The position numbers were made by a program, and so were the translations under genes. Below are positions 17,365-26,477 of a stretch of DNA of 64,000 bases, piece by piece. The DNA is taken from positions 1 through 64,000 of the forward strand of contig JBEKHN010000004.1 of the NCBI GenBank assembly GCA_050012255.1. Direction: 5' to 3'. Below the pieces are notes generated by a model. The model had not been told where the DNA came from, did not search any database, and worked only from the letters and a program-made list of their open reading frames with translations. Source of the stretch: Candidatus Bathyarchaeia archaeon. Its GTDB lineage: Archaea; Thermoproteota; Bathyarchaeia; Bathyarchaeales; Bathycorpusculaceae. Each line of letters opens with the position of its first letter. The stretch's first letter is position 1.

Positions 17365-19617
17365 TTAAGCGTTATGAGCTTGGGCTTTTCTCTTTCTATA
17401 GGTTGTTACGGCTAATGTTGTTGTCAGTACGAATAGGAGGATTACGTACGTCGCAGGAAATTCGGGAATGACTTGGTAAGAGTAGTACTGTCCAGCGTTG
17501 TCTTCTGTCATCAAGTTTCCAGCATTGTCATACGCTGTTATTTTATATTTCACCCATGTGCCAGATGTGTGTCCCAGAATTGTCGTCTCGTACAAACTGG
17601 TTGTAGAGTTGTAGATCATCGGTAAGGGTGTTTGCCACGAACTGCCATTGTCATTAGAGTAGGTTAAGGATGCATTCTTCACACCAGTGCCGACATCTGT
17701 AATGCTTGCTGAGATCTTGACTGATTGTCCTTCGTTGACATCTCCTGATGGACTTTGACTTGGCGTGCCAATCGTGGGCGGGGTGATGTCAAGAACTGCA
17801 ATTGTCACCATGTCGGTTGCCCAGTTTCCCACAGCGTCCGAAACATTCAACGTTACCAGATAGCTGCCGGGGTTCGGGAAAGTGTAGGTCGGAGCGCTCC
17901 CGTTAAGGGTCCTGGTGGTACCGTCGACGAAGGTCCATATGTAGCTTGTAATTCCGATGTTGTCATTTGAACCTGAGCCATCGAATTGTATCTGCACATC
18001 TTCATTCACTGTCTGGTCTGGACCTGCATTGGCAACCGGTGGAGTAGTATCCGGAGACTCTAAAGCAATCGTGTCAGAATAGGTTATGCTGGTTAGCCCC
18101 GCATTGTCTTCAACCTGGAAGCAAACGGTTTTCGTTCCTTCCCCAGACGTTAGATTCCACGATTTAGACGCGGTTGCAGGCTCCCATACCTCGGTGTCCC
18201 AGACGCCGTCGTTGCTGTAGCGAACCTGAGACACGCCTGAAGTAGCATCCGCATAAGTCAACGACAACGCCACCGACGTAAAAGACGTGGAAGAGGCTCC
18301 ACTGTTAATGAGAATGGAGCCTGTAGGAGCCGTCTTGTCGAGTTTGATTTGGGTAAGCGTTTTGTGAGGGCTTTCCTCATTGCCTGCGGCATCGACGCTC
18401 CAGTATTCCAGTGTGTTGGTTGCACCCTCCGTTGTGATGAGTGGCTGTCCGTTAGCAGTCACATTCTGGATTGGCCCAGTGTTTATTCGGTAGTAGGTTG
18501 CATTCACGCCTATGTTATCTGTTGCTGTTAATGTGATGGTGAAGTCTGAGGTGCGCCAAAATCCATCGTAGCTGGCGCTTGTGGTTGGCGAGGTCGTATC
18601 TGGTGCAGGAGTCCCCGCGCTAACCACGCATGTTTCGTTTCCATTGTAGTTAGTGATGTAGATTTTGAAAGTTGTGGGGTTTACTGCAATTCGATCATAT
18701 GTAGAGGAAAACGTCCAATGTAGTTTTAAACTATCTATTACACCGTGCGTCGAGCCGTCGAGGCGGCACAAGTTTTCATAATTAGAAACGGTGTACAGGA
18801 GATTATGAACGGGGTCAATTGCTTTTATTTCGCCAGTGTAACCTGAGGTCACTTGTTCTAACGTATCACCGTTCAAAACTGCGTTTCCAACATAGACATA
18901 GTTGGTGAACGAGTTAACCGTCACTGTCGTGCTGAAGGAAGAAGGATCTACGTTTTCTGTGATGGTATGAGTATTTCCGTCGATCATGTACAGACTATCA
19001 TTTCCACTCCATGTGGCATATACTTTGTTTGTATTGGGATTAACCGTTACGCCCACACGCTCAATGTACGTACTGATGCCCAAAGCCACGGAGGTAACAT
19101 AATGGAAATTCTCTCCATTGTAAACTCGTACGCTGTCGGCTTGGCCCACCACCACGGTCCAATCCCCTACATAAACGAGGTTTGTGACAGGGTTAACTGC
19201 CAGCTCGCGTGAGTCATAAAGTCCTATTGGTATTTCTCCTACCTTGAGATTTGTGGCGCCGTCGATTACAGTTACATTTTTCCCATAAATCCCAGCATAT
19301 ATGCGATTGGTCAAAGGATTAACTGCAAGAGCTACCACATGATCGCCTAATGGGATTTCTGCTAAAACTTTGTCTGTCTCACCATTAATAACCATAAGCC
19401 CACCGTCGACACCAACATATATGCGGTTTGTCTCATTATTGGTAGCTATGCAATAAGGGTGCTTTCCCAGAGTAATGTTGGCAATAACCGTTAATGGATC
19501 GTAAGATGCGTTTGCAATCAAGTACTTGTCAGAAATAGGCAACTCTTGAATATTGAATGCAAAAGAGCTAAAGACAAAAAGAGTGAGAAACATAACACAG
19601 AAAATTATCTTTGACAT
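17365..19617 (-). CDS. Secreted cell-surface protein: YVTN-type beta-propeller + Ig-like + PKD domains, PEF-CTERM-like anchor
   Basis: N-terminal signal peptide, repeated AVNPxTNxIY/VYV, DTTPPVANAGPDQTV PKD, C-terminal VIPEF + TM helix + RKRK. Confidence 0.85.
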   Translation of the reverse strand: MSKIIFCVMFLTLFVFSSFAFNIQELPISDKYLIANASYDPLTVIANITLGKHPYCIATNNETNRIYVGVDGGLMVINGETDKVLAEIPLGDHVVALAVNPLTNRIYAGIYGKNVTVIDGATNLKVGEIPIGLYDSRELAVNPVTNLVYVGDWTVVVGQADSVRVYNGENFHYVTSVALGISTYIERVGVTVNPNTNKVYATWSGNDSLYMIDGNTHTITENVDPSSFSTTVTVNSFTNYVYVGNAVLNGDTLEQVTSGYTGEIKAIDPVHNLLYTVSNYENLCRLDGSTHGVIDSLKLHWTFSSTYDRIAVNPTTFKIYITNYNGNETCVVSAGTPAPDTTSPTTSASYDGFWRTSDFTITLTATDNIGVNATYYRINTGPIQNVTANGQPLITTEGATNTLEYWSVDAAGNEESPHKTLTQIKLDKTAPTGSILINSGASSTSFTSVALSLTYADATSGVSQVRYSNDGVWDTEVWEPATASKSWNLTSGEGTKTVCFQVEDNAGLTSITYSDTIALESPDTTPPVANAGPDQTVNEDVQIQFDGSGSNDNIGITSYIWTFVDGTTRTLNGSAPTYTFPNPGSYLVTLNVSDAVGNWATDMVTIAVLDITPPTIGTPSQSPSGDVNEGQSVKISASITDVGTGVKNASLTYSNDNGSSWQTPLPMIYNSTTSLYETTILGHTSGTWVKYKITAYDNAGNLMTEDNAGQYYSYQVIPEFPATYVILLFVLTTTLAVTTYRKRKAQAHNA

Positions 19618-19732
19618 TTTTCTGTCTCCCACCGCGCGCTAACTGTAACTGAGTGATACAAACAATTAACACTTTTGGAACTCTTTCAGCTCCTCCGCGA
19701 GCGCTGAATGGAGTTGCACCCAGTTAGGCGTA

Positions 19733-19746
19733 AATCCCCTCGGGCC
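19733..19746 (+). repeat. Copy 2 of 14-bp direct repeat AATCCCCTCGGGCC
   Basis: Exact match to 16581-16594. Confidence 0.55.
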
Positions 19747-19917
19747 ATCTCTCGCCGTGAAAATTCGTTAGAATTATTGGTGAATCAGTACTGACGTTTT
19801 TTCCTAATGCCAATTTTTGAAACTCGCAAAGTTCAATCTCTCGGTTTGCTAGTCGACCCGTTCCGCTCAAAAAGCTATTATTTGTCTCCAACACAAGCAA
19901 ACTCGGTGAGTTGGTAG

Positions 19918-20619
19918 ATGTCTTTCATTAAGCCGCGGTTGAAGGCGTATTCTGCCGGAGCAGTTTCTCCGCCTCTTCGAGACGCTACCGTTCTTTTTGA
20001 GAAGCAATTTGACGTGAGCTGCGATTTGAAGGTGGGCAAGCCCAGCGACCTCTTCGCTGAAATAGCAAAGTCAAAGCAGGGTGACATCATATCCTGCGGC
20101 GCTGAATACATGTTAGACGATTCTGAAGATCAAGGATTGACGCTGAAAGGCACGAGGAAAAGCCTCGGATTTCGGAGATCGGTGATTATCGTGGCCGTAG
20201 GGAACCCAGCGCAGATCAACTCTCTCAAAGACCTATGCGGAAAAGGTGTTCGCATCGGAATAGCTACCGAGGGCTGCTTGAAAGGCGTTTGGGACGACGT
20301 CTCAAGCAAAGCTGGGCTGACTGATCAGATTCGTCGAAACATAACGCATCACGCGGACGCATGCGGGTCACTGATGAGCTTGATTCATTCGGACAAAGTT
20401 GATGCCATATTCGGCTGGAACGCGTTTCAAGGAGTTTGGCCAGATACCTGCGAGGTAATTGAGTTGCCCAGGGATTTTCAAGTCTTCAGGAGCACGGTAG
20501 CCGCCGTAGTTACATGCAGCAAAGACAAAGAGCTATCGAAGAAATTCATCGAGTTCCTAGCTTCCAAAAAGGTAAGAGAAATCTACGCCAGCTATGGTTG
20601 GCTTCACCGACCCGAATAG
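19918..20619 (+). CDS. ModA-like substrate-binding-domain protein, no signal peptide
   Basis: YSAGAV, IVAVGNPAQINSLKDL, RIGIA, KVDAIFGW, FIEFLAS..REIYASYGW. Confidence 0.75.
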   Translation: MSFIKPRLKAYSAGAVSPPLRDATVLFEKQFDVSCDLKVGKPSDLFAEIAKSKQGDIISCGAEYMLDDSEDQGLTLKGTRKSLGFRRSVIIVAVGNPAQINSLKDLCGKGVRIGIATEGCLKGVWDDVSSKAGLTDQIRRNITHHADACGSLMSLIHSDKVDAIFGWNAFQGVWPDTCEVIELPRDFQVFRSTVAAVVTCSKDKELSKKFIEFLASKKVREIYASYGWLHRPE

Positions 20620-20628
20620 CTCCGTGGA

Positions 20629-21426
20629 CTATGAACGTCTTCTTTCTAGTATCTTGGCCGCTAAAGCCATCAAAGCAAGAGTGAAAGCGACCAAAGCGGC
20701 GATGTCAATCAGATAGGTGCTTGTGACGGCTGATTCTCCAATTAAAAGTCTCAACGCCTCGACAGAGTACGTGAGTGGCAGGAAGCGAGCGACAATCTGC
20801 AACTGTGACGGCAGAGTCTCCAAATAGACGAAAGTCCCTGAAAGAAACACCATTGGAAACCTGAAGAAGTTTGAAAGCATCTGTGCTTCAGGAACCCATC
20901 TTGCATACGCAGAAACGAGAACACCGAGCGCCGAAAACGCCAACGAAGTGACGGCTATAGCGATCACGACCAGTAATGGATTCGAAACAGTTGTTCCTGA
21001 GACTGCTGCTAAAGGAAATAGGGTTGCAGCGGCCAGTATCAATCCGAAGAAGAAGCCTGCCAACGTTTTTCCAACCACGAGTGTGAAGCAAGAGATGGGT
21101 GCTGCGAGCAACCTTTCAAATGTCCCCGTCTGCTTTTCAAGAACGACTGCCACAGCCTCAATCGATGTAGTTCCGAAAAGAAGCATCAGGGATACCAATC
21201 CTGGCACGATGAGTCTCGGGTTCATTTGCCCAGCCATCGCAAATGCGAGGAAAAGAGAAACTGGAATCAGAAGGCCGTACGTGAAGTTTGGAGCCTTGAA
21301 ATAGTAAACCTTCGCATCTTTCTTTGCGATGTAAAAAGCCTTGACCAGTCCCTTGAGCCATTCTCTAGCTAAGATTTCCGCCCTTCTTATTCTGTTCTTT
21401 CTCCGTGGCCATGGCTTCTGGGGCAA
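20629..21426 (-). CDS. ABC-2 type exporter permease (start uncertain)
   Basis: EKQTGTFERLLAAP, FLSGTF, FLPLTY; multiple TM helices. Confidence 0.85.
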   Translation of the reverse strand: MPQKPWPRRKNRIRRAEILAREWLKGLVKAFYIAKKDAKVYYFKAPNFTYGLLIPVSLFLAFAMAGQMNPRLIVPGLVSLMLLFGTTSIEAVAVVLEKQTGTFERLLAAPISCFTLVVGKTLAGFFFGLILAAATLFPLAAVSGTTVSNPLLVVIAIAVTSLAFSALGVLVSAYARWVPEAQMLSNFFRFPMVFLSGTFVYLETLPSQLQIVARFLPLTYSVEALRLLIGESAVTSTYLIDIAALVAFTLALMALAAKILERRRS

Positions 21427-22351
21427 TTCCAGTCATTTCAACAAAAGCATCTTCCAGACTTGGTTTCAACGTGTTGATCGATACTATTTCTAATTCGTTC
21501 TTTCTAGCGAAATCAACCAGAAGTGAAATGGTCTTAGACGTGTTTTCAACGTGAAGTCTAAACTTATCGCCCACATGCGTGACTCTGTTTACATAGTCTA
21601 GATTTGCGAGTCTGCGTTCCAAATCCTCGCCTTGATTGAAGGATACTTCGATAATCTGATGCTTTTCTGCTGAAGCCTTCAGCTTTTCAGGGCTGCTAAC
21701 GGTGACTATTCTACCGCGGTTGATAATGGCGACTCGTTGACACAGCTGATCAGCTTCTTCAATGTAATGGGTGGTGAGGAAAACGGTCACGTTGGATTTG
21801 TTAAGTTCTTTGATGAGGTTTCGTATCGTTCGCGAGCTTTGTACGTCAAGCCCGGTCGTGGGTTCGTCTAAGAATAGGATACTTGGTTTATGGATTAAGG
21901 CAGTTGCTATCGTCACACGTCTTTTCATGCCTCTGGAAAAGGTGCCAACGCGGCTCGTTCTGCGTTCATAAAGTCCAAAGAGCTCCAGAAGTTCCTTCGC
22001 TCTTGTTTCTCTTTGATCTTTGGGCACATCGTAGAGTTGAGATGCAAAAATGAGGTTATCCCAAGCGGTCATTTCATCGTAGATGTTTGAGACTTCAGGA
22101 ACCACGCCGATATGCTCTCGCACTTTGACCGATTCGGTTAAGATGTCGTGGCCTCCGACTGTTGCTGAGCCCGAAGTGGGTCTTGTTAGCCCAGTCAGCA
22201 GCCTCAGCGTCGTGGTTTTTCCAGCGCCGTTTGGGCCTAGGAAGCCGAAGATTTCGCCTTCCTTGACTTGAAAGGCTATGTTGTCCACTGCCACGGTGCC
22301 GTTGTAGCGTTTCGTTAGGTGGTTGACTTCTATCGCGTTCTTGGCGAGCAT
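21365..22351 (-). CDS. ABC exporter ATP-binding protein (DrrA-like)
   Basis: GPNGAGKTT, FSRGMKRR, LFLDEPTTGLD, TTHYIEEAD, PSLEDAF. Confidence 0.93.
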   Translation of the reverse strand: MLAKNAIEVNHLTKRYNGTVAVDNIAFQVKEGEIFGFLGPNGAGKTTTLRLLTGLTRPTSGSATVGGHDILTESVKVREHIGVVPEVSNIYDEMTAWDNLIFASQLYDVPKDQRETRAKELLELFGLYERRTSRVGTFSRGMKRRVTIATALIHKPSILFLDEPTTGLDVQSSRTIRNLIKELNKSNVTVFLTTHYIEEADQLCQRVAIINRGRIVTVSSPEKLKASAEKHQIIEVSFNQGEDLERRLANLDYVNRVTHVGDKFRLHVENTSKTISLLVDFARKNELEIVSINTLKPSLEDAFVEMTGIAPEAMATEKEQNKKGGNLS

Positions 22352-22375
22352 AATTTAGACTTCATGCCTTCGGCG

Positions 22376-22579
22376 TCATTTTTCGATTTGCATTTCCTTG
22401 ATCTTTTCTTCGACGCCCTTCAGTTCATTCTTAAGCTCTTCTGTATAGCCCTTCAGCTTCTCGACTCTTTCGGCTTTAGTGAAGAAGCGCCTTCTGTAAC
22501 CATGTCCGTTCCCATGTATGCCACAGCCGCAGTAGCCTTCATGCCCGTGATGTCTTCCGCAACCACATTCATCATCCAT
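22376..22579 (-). CDS. Small Cys/His/Gly-rich protein with coiled-coil tail (DUF5320-like)
   Basis: ECGCGRHHGHEGYCGCG...RRFFTKAERVEKLKGY.EELKNELKGVEEKI; AGAGGTGA RBS. Confidence 0.7.
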   Translation of the reverse strand: MDDECGCGRHHGHEGYCGCGIHGNGHGYRRRFFTKAERVEKLKGYTEELKNELKGVEEKIKEMQIEK

Positions 22580-22678
22580 CTATAATCACCTCTATTTTGC
22601 AATACTATCTGAAGTAAAGTATTTATTCTATAAAGTTTATAGCGACATAGTTGCTATCTGTAATGAAAGTGACGATAC

Positions 22679-23086
22679 ATGCAGAATAAGAATGACGTAG
22701 TTTGTTTTTGTCCGCTTGAAGGGATCATAGACGTGATAGGCAAGAAATGGGCGCTTCTGATTATCAATGCAATAGGAAACTACGGAAGTCTTAGGTTCAA
22801 CAGACTGATGGAAGAACTGCAGGGTGTGAGCCCCAAGACGCTTGCAGACACGTTGAAGCAGCTTCAACACGAGGGGCTTCTCATAAGGAAATCATTCGCC
22901 GAGATCCCACCTCGTGTTGAATATTCACTGACAAAAGACGGAGAGGGACTCAGAGATGCAGTGATCCCGATCCTGAAATGGGCTGCAACGAGGCAGTGCT
23001 CAGAGAGAAGATGTTCAAAAGGCTACAGCAGAATCCCGGCACACAGAATCAAGAATGGTACGTTAATCCATACGGATAAGACTTGA
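22679..23086 (+). CDS. HxlR family transcriptional regulator
   Basis: CPLEGIIDVIGKKWAL, RFNRL, GVSPKTL, EIPPRVEYSLT. Confidence 0.9.
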   Translation: MQNKNDVVCFCPLEGIIDVIGKKWALLIINAIGNYGSLRFNRLMEELQGVSPKTLADTLKQLQHEGLLIRKSFAEIPPRVEYSLTKDGEGLRDAVIPILKWAATRQCSERRCSKGYSRIPAHRIKNGTLIHTDKT

Positions 23087-23168
23087 AAGGTTAAAAGCAG
23101 CCGTTGCGCCGAGTTTGATTGTACAAGGCCTGCGGGCCTATTTCTAGAATGTTCTGTGGCTCCGTCTT

Positions 23169-23270
23169 CGAGCAAAAGAGGTTAAAGTGACGGTAGAGGC
23201 AACGCGGGCTACAGGCTACGAATACATCTGTGAGATGGAATATGTTAAGCTGTTTCGAAAACGAAAGTGA
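23169..23270 (+). mobile_element. Remnant C-terminus of a tyrosine integrase
   Basis: Manual translation RAKEVKVTVEATRATGYEYICEMEYVKLFRKRK*, matching the tail I recall for archaeal (Bathyarchaeia-type) integrases. Ends about 60 bp from a tRNA-Cys 3' duplicate. Confidence 0.55.
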
Positions 23271-23328
23271 TACCATGATTCATGCAGAGACCGGGGGTTC
23301 GCCCACAGACCGAGGATGTATGCTGAAA

Positions 23329-23346
23329 AGCCGGGGATGGGAGTTG
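23329..23346 (-). repeat. Duplicate of tRNA-Cys 3' end (att site)
   Basis: AGCCGGGGATGGGAGTTG is identical to 23494-23511. Confidence 0.8.
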
Positions 23347-23493
23347 GACCTCAGACGCCCTCCTTTCTTAGTCGCGCACGCGCTCTTTTTGATGTGACGT
23401 ATTTGGATCCAAATATTCATGGTACATTGAAACCTAGGAGGGGTAGGTTCCTCAGCCCACCAGATAAGACTTCTCAACCCACCAAAATCTGAG

Positions 23494-23566
23494 AGCCGGG
23501 GATGGGAGTTGAACCCATATATAGCTGCTCTGCAGGCAACCGCCTGAACCGTTCGGCCACCCCGGC
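23494..23566 (-). tRNA. tRNA-Cys (GCA), intronless, CCA not encoded
   Basis: GCCGGGGTGGCCGAACGGTTCAGGCGGTTGCCTGCAGAGCAGCTATATATGGGTTCAACTCCCATCCCCGGCT; anticodon loop CTGCAGA, U discriminator. Confidence 0.93.
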
Positions 23567-23600
23567 AGTCTAAAGATGGCTGAGACTCGGATAAATAGGT

Positions 23601-24650
23601 TTATCGGCCCTCATCGAGCTTCTTTCTTATGTTGTTATAAACGTCTAGGGCTGACTTTTCACTCTTGACATTTTTTATTAACATCCGTCCCCCGTTGAAC
23701 AGAGTGATTTCAAAGGTTCTGTAATTGAATATTATTGCAAGTTTGGACTTTATTCGCACTTTGAAATGCTGCTTGATGAGCTGATAGGCTTCGCTGAGGC
23801 CCATCTTCAACGGTTCTTCAGGGTTTATGTTCGCCGTGTCTCTTCCACATAGCCAAGCAAGTTTTTCCTTCCTTTTTGGGATGCCGACGTTGCGCTGGCA
23901 TGCTGGGCAGCCGTCTCTTTTGAAAATGTCTATCGTAGTGAAGTACATGTCGGCGAAGTCGCAGATCATCAGTTTACCCTTAAGCGGCGAGCCTATGCCT
24001 GTCAAAACCTTTATCGTTTCCATGGCTTGCATCGTGCCAATTATGCCAGCCGTGGCGCCGAGTACGCCTCTCAGGTCGCACGTCAGCAAAAAGTCATCCT
24101 TGACATCTGGCAAGATGCACTCCAAGCATGGGGTTTTAGGTACAGCGAAGACTGAAAGGTTGCCTTCAATTCCTATGGCCGCCCCAAAGACATACGGAAT
24201 CGCAAGCTTTGCGCATGCGCGGTTGACCAGGTAGCGTGTGCGCATATTGTCCAAACCGTCAACGACGCAGTCCATACCAGCTAGGAGCTTTTCAACATTG
24301 TTGACGTTCAGATTCTCTGAGACAGGCTCGACTTTCACGAGCGGATTCATCTTGGACAGTCTTTTGGCTGAGACCTCAGCCTTCGGATAATGCAGATCTT
24401 CCAGGCCGTAAAGGATCTGCCTATGCAAGTTAGCCAACTCAACCGTATCCTGGTCTATCAGGCGCAGGTAGCCGACCCCGGCGAGCCCCAGATAAAGTGA
24501 TGAAACTGTTCCCAAGCCGCCTAGTCCAACCACAGCTACCTTTGACTGGGCAAGTTTTCTTTGCCCCTTTTTCCCGAGCTCCTTCAACACGGTTTGGCGA
24601 CTGTAGTACTCGTCGAATGAGGGAAGCTTGCTCGTTCTAGGCATGTACAC
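23601..24650 (-). CDS. HesA/MoeB/ThiF family E1-like adenylyltransferase
   Basis: YSRQ, VGLGGLG, DQDTVELANLHRQ, DGLDN..TR, PCLEC, CPAC. Confidence 0.9.
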   Translation of the reverse strand: MYMPRTSKLPSFDEYYSRQTVLKELGKKGQRKLAQSKVAVVGLGGLGTVSSLYLGLAGVGYLRLIDQDTVELANLHRQILYGLEDLHYPKAEVSAKRLSKMNPLVKVEPVSENLNVNNVEKLLAGMDCVVDGLDNMRTRYLVNRACAKLAIPYVFGAAIGIEGNLSVFAVPKTPCLECILPDVKDDFLLTCDLRGVLGATAGIIGTMQAMETIKVLTGIGSPLKGKLMICDFADMYFTTIDIFKRDGCPACQRNVGIPKRKEKLAWLCGRDTANINPEEPLKMGLSEAYQLIKQHFKVRIKSKLAIIFNYRTFEITLFNGGRMLIKNVKSEKSALDVYNNIRKKLDEGR

Positions 24651-24672
24651 ACGTCACTTATCTATTCTGCTG

Positions 24673-26367
24673 TCAATCGGTTGTATATCTGCCTTTTTTC
24701 TGGAACTGACGCTCGTAGATTTGCCTGACCCGTTGAATGGTGTCCGCTTCCTCCGGTGCTTTGTCTTCTCTGATACGCGTAATCCTCGCGAACCGTAGAG
24801 CCATTTGGCATTCATATTTTGGGCTTCTCTGAATTTCGTTGTATGCGACTTCAACAACTATTGTCGGAACCACGCTCACGCTTCTGGGTGAGGGCTTTAT
24901 CGTCAGTTCTTTGAGCCGCTTTGTCATTCCGATGATTTCGGCGTCTGTCAACCCTTTGAAAGTCTTACCCACCGTGAGGAATTTGCCAGTGTCAGCATCA
25001 CGTGCCGCCAAGTAATAGTCTGAAAGCCACCCGTGCCTGCGCCCATAGCCGTACTCAGCCGCCACTATAACAAGGTCTAAGGGTTCGAGGATTGGCTTTA
25101 TTTTTAGCCAACGTTTTCCGCGGATTCCAGGCGTGTACGGGCTGTCAAGCCTCTTGGCCATCAAACCCTCATGCCCCGCGTCCATGGCCTGTTTCAAGAA
25201 CTGCTCCGCCTCTCGAACATCGTTCGCTATCAGCTGCGAAGTCAAAGGTATTCCGCCAGCGTTTGCCACAAGTACTTGCCTCCGTTGGACGTATGACGTG
25301 GAAATCAGGTTTTGCCCGTTGAGATACAAGACATCGAAAAGGTAAAGCCTCAGAGGAATTCTTTCGGCCGCGCCCGCTATTCCATGAACTCTTCTGAACC
25401 TCCGCATCAGATGCTGGAAAGGAATTGGGTAACCCTGACCGTCGACGGCCACAACCTCGCCTTCCAAGATTCCTTCCTCTGCTTTCAAGTTCCTTCTTGC
25501 CAAGTCCACTATCTCTGGTAAGCTGTCCGTCACGTCTGTTAGTCTGCGGCTGAAGATCTTGATGTCCTCGCCTGACTTGTGAATTTGAACCCTAGCACCG
25601 TCATACTTGTACTCAAACGCCGTCTTGCCATCATGCTCTTCCAACGCCTGCGCCACGCCGTCAGCCATCTGGGCCAGCATAGGGCCTACCGGCCTGAAAA
25701 CCTTGAAACCTATCTTGAACAGCCCTAGCTTACCCTCACTCTTAGCAATGGACGCCACCTCTCCGATGTCGCCCGTGATCATGCTTGCCTCTTGAACGTC
25801 TCGCAGCGGAACTTGAAAAGCCTTAGAAACTGCTTGTTCCATCAACCCTTCGTGAAAACCGGTGCGCATCTCACCGATGAAGATCTTGACCACATACTTG
25901 GCCTCAACCGGCGAGGCTTGACTCAGAAGTGCTTCAATCAGGCGTTCTTTTTTCTCTCTTGAGCCTGACCCGGAAGTTTCTGCTATACTTTGCAGGTTGC
26001 GCCTGACCTCAGTTATCGTTAAGGGTCTTTGAAAAAGCGCGATCTGTTTTCTAACCCTGCTGTTCTCAAAAATCGTCTTGGTGGCCGCGCCGATGTCGCC
26101 CGTTTTGCTGAAGACTTCTGTGAAGACGCTCCACTCAACGCCCGTGATGCGCTTTATGATTTCGCTAAGAGTAGCCCAGCTCACTTCGAGAGTTCGCTGA
26201 TCCCACCTTGGAAAAGGCCTCCCAAGAATCATGGAAACCGCGGGTTCTGTCTCGTCAGACTCTAAGTTCTGCAAGAAACTTGTTCCAAGGTCTACCATCA
26301 AGAGACGTTTGGTCGTCGCCTCCAGTTTTTCCCCTAATTCTGCAAGAGCCTTGAAAGGAGTCGGCAT
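24673..26367 (-). CDS. lig: ATP-dependent DNA ligase
   Basis: EYKYDGARVQIH, EGEVV, FDVLY, EGLMAK, WLKIK, ALRFARITRIREDK. Confidence 0.95.
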   Translation of the reverse strand: MPTPFKALAELGEKLEATTKRLLMVDLGTSFLQNLESDETEPAVSMILGRPFPRWDQRTLEVSWATLSEIIKRITGVEWSVFTEVFSKTGDIGAATKTIFENSRVRKQIALFQRPLTITEVRRNLQSIAETSGSGSREKKERLIEALLSQASPVEAKYVVKIFIGEMRTGFHEGLMEQAVSKAFQVPLRDVQEASMITGDIGEVASIAKSEGKLGLFKIGFKVFRPVGPMLAQMADGVAQALEEHDGKTAFEYKYDGARVQIHKSGEDIKIFSRRLTDVTDSLPEIVDLARRNLKAEEGILEGEVVAVDGQGYPIPFQHLMRRFRRVHGIAGAAERIPLRLYLFDVLYLNGQNLISTSYVQRRQVLVANAGGIPLTSQLIANDVREAEQFLKQAMDAGHEGLMAKRLDSPYTPGIRGKRWLKIKPILEPLDLVIVAAEYGYGRRHGWLSDYYLAARDADTGKFLTVGKTFKGLTDAEIIGMTKRLKELTIKPSPRSVSVVPTIVVEVAYNEIQRSPKYECQMALRFARITRIREDKAPEEADTIQRVRQIYERQFQKKGRYTTD

Positions 26368-26477
26368 AGTCGTTGACCTTTAAAACATGGTCAGCTTCTC
26401 ATTTGTCAGCTTAAAAAGATAAACGTTGTTTCAGGCCTGTTCAGTCCAAGAAGGAACAGCACAATGTTGACGATGAT

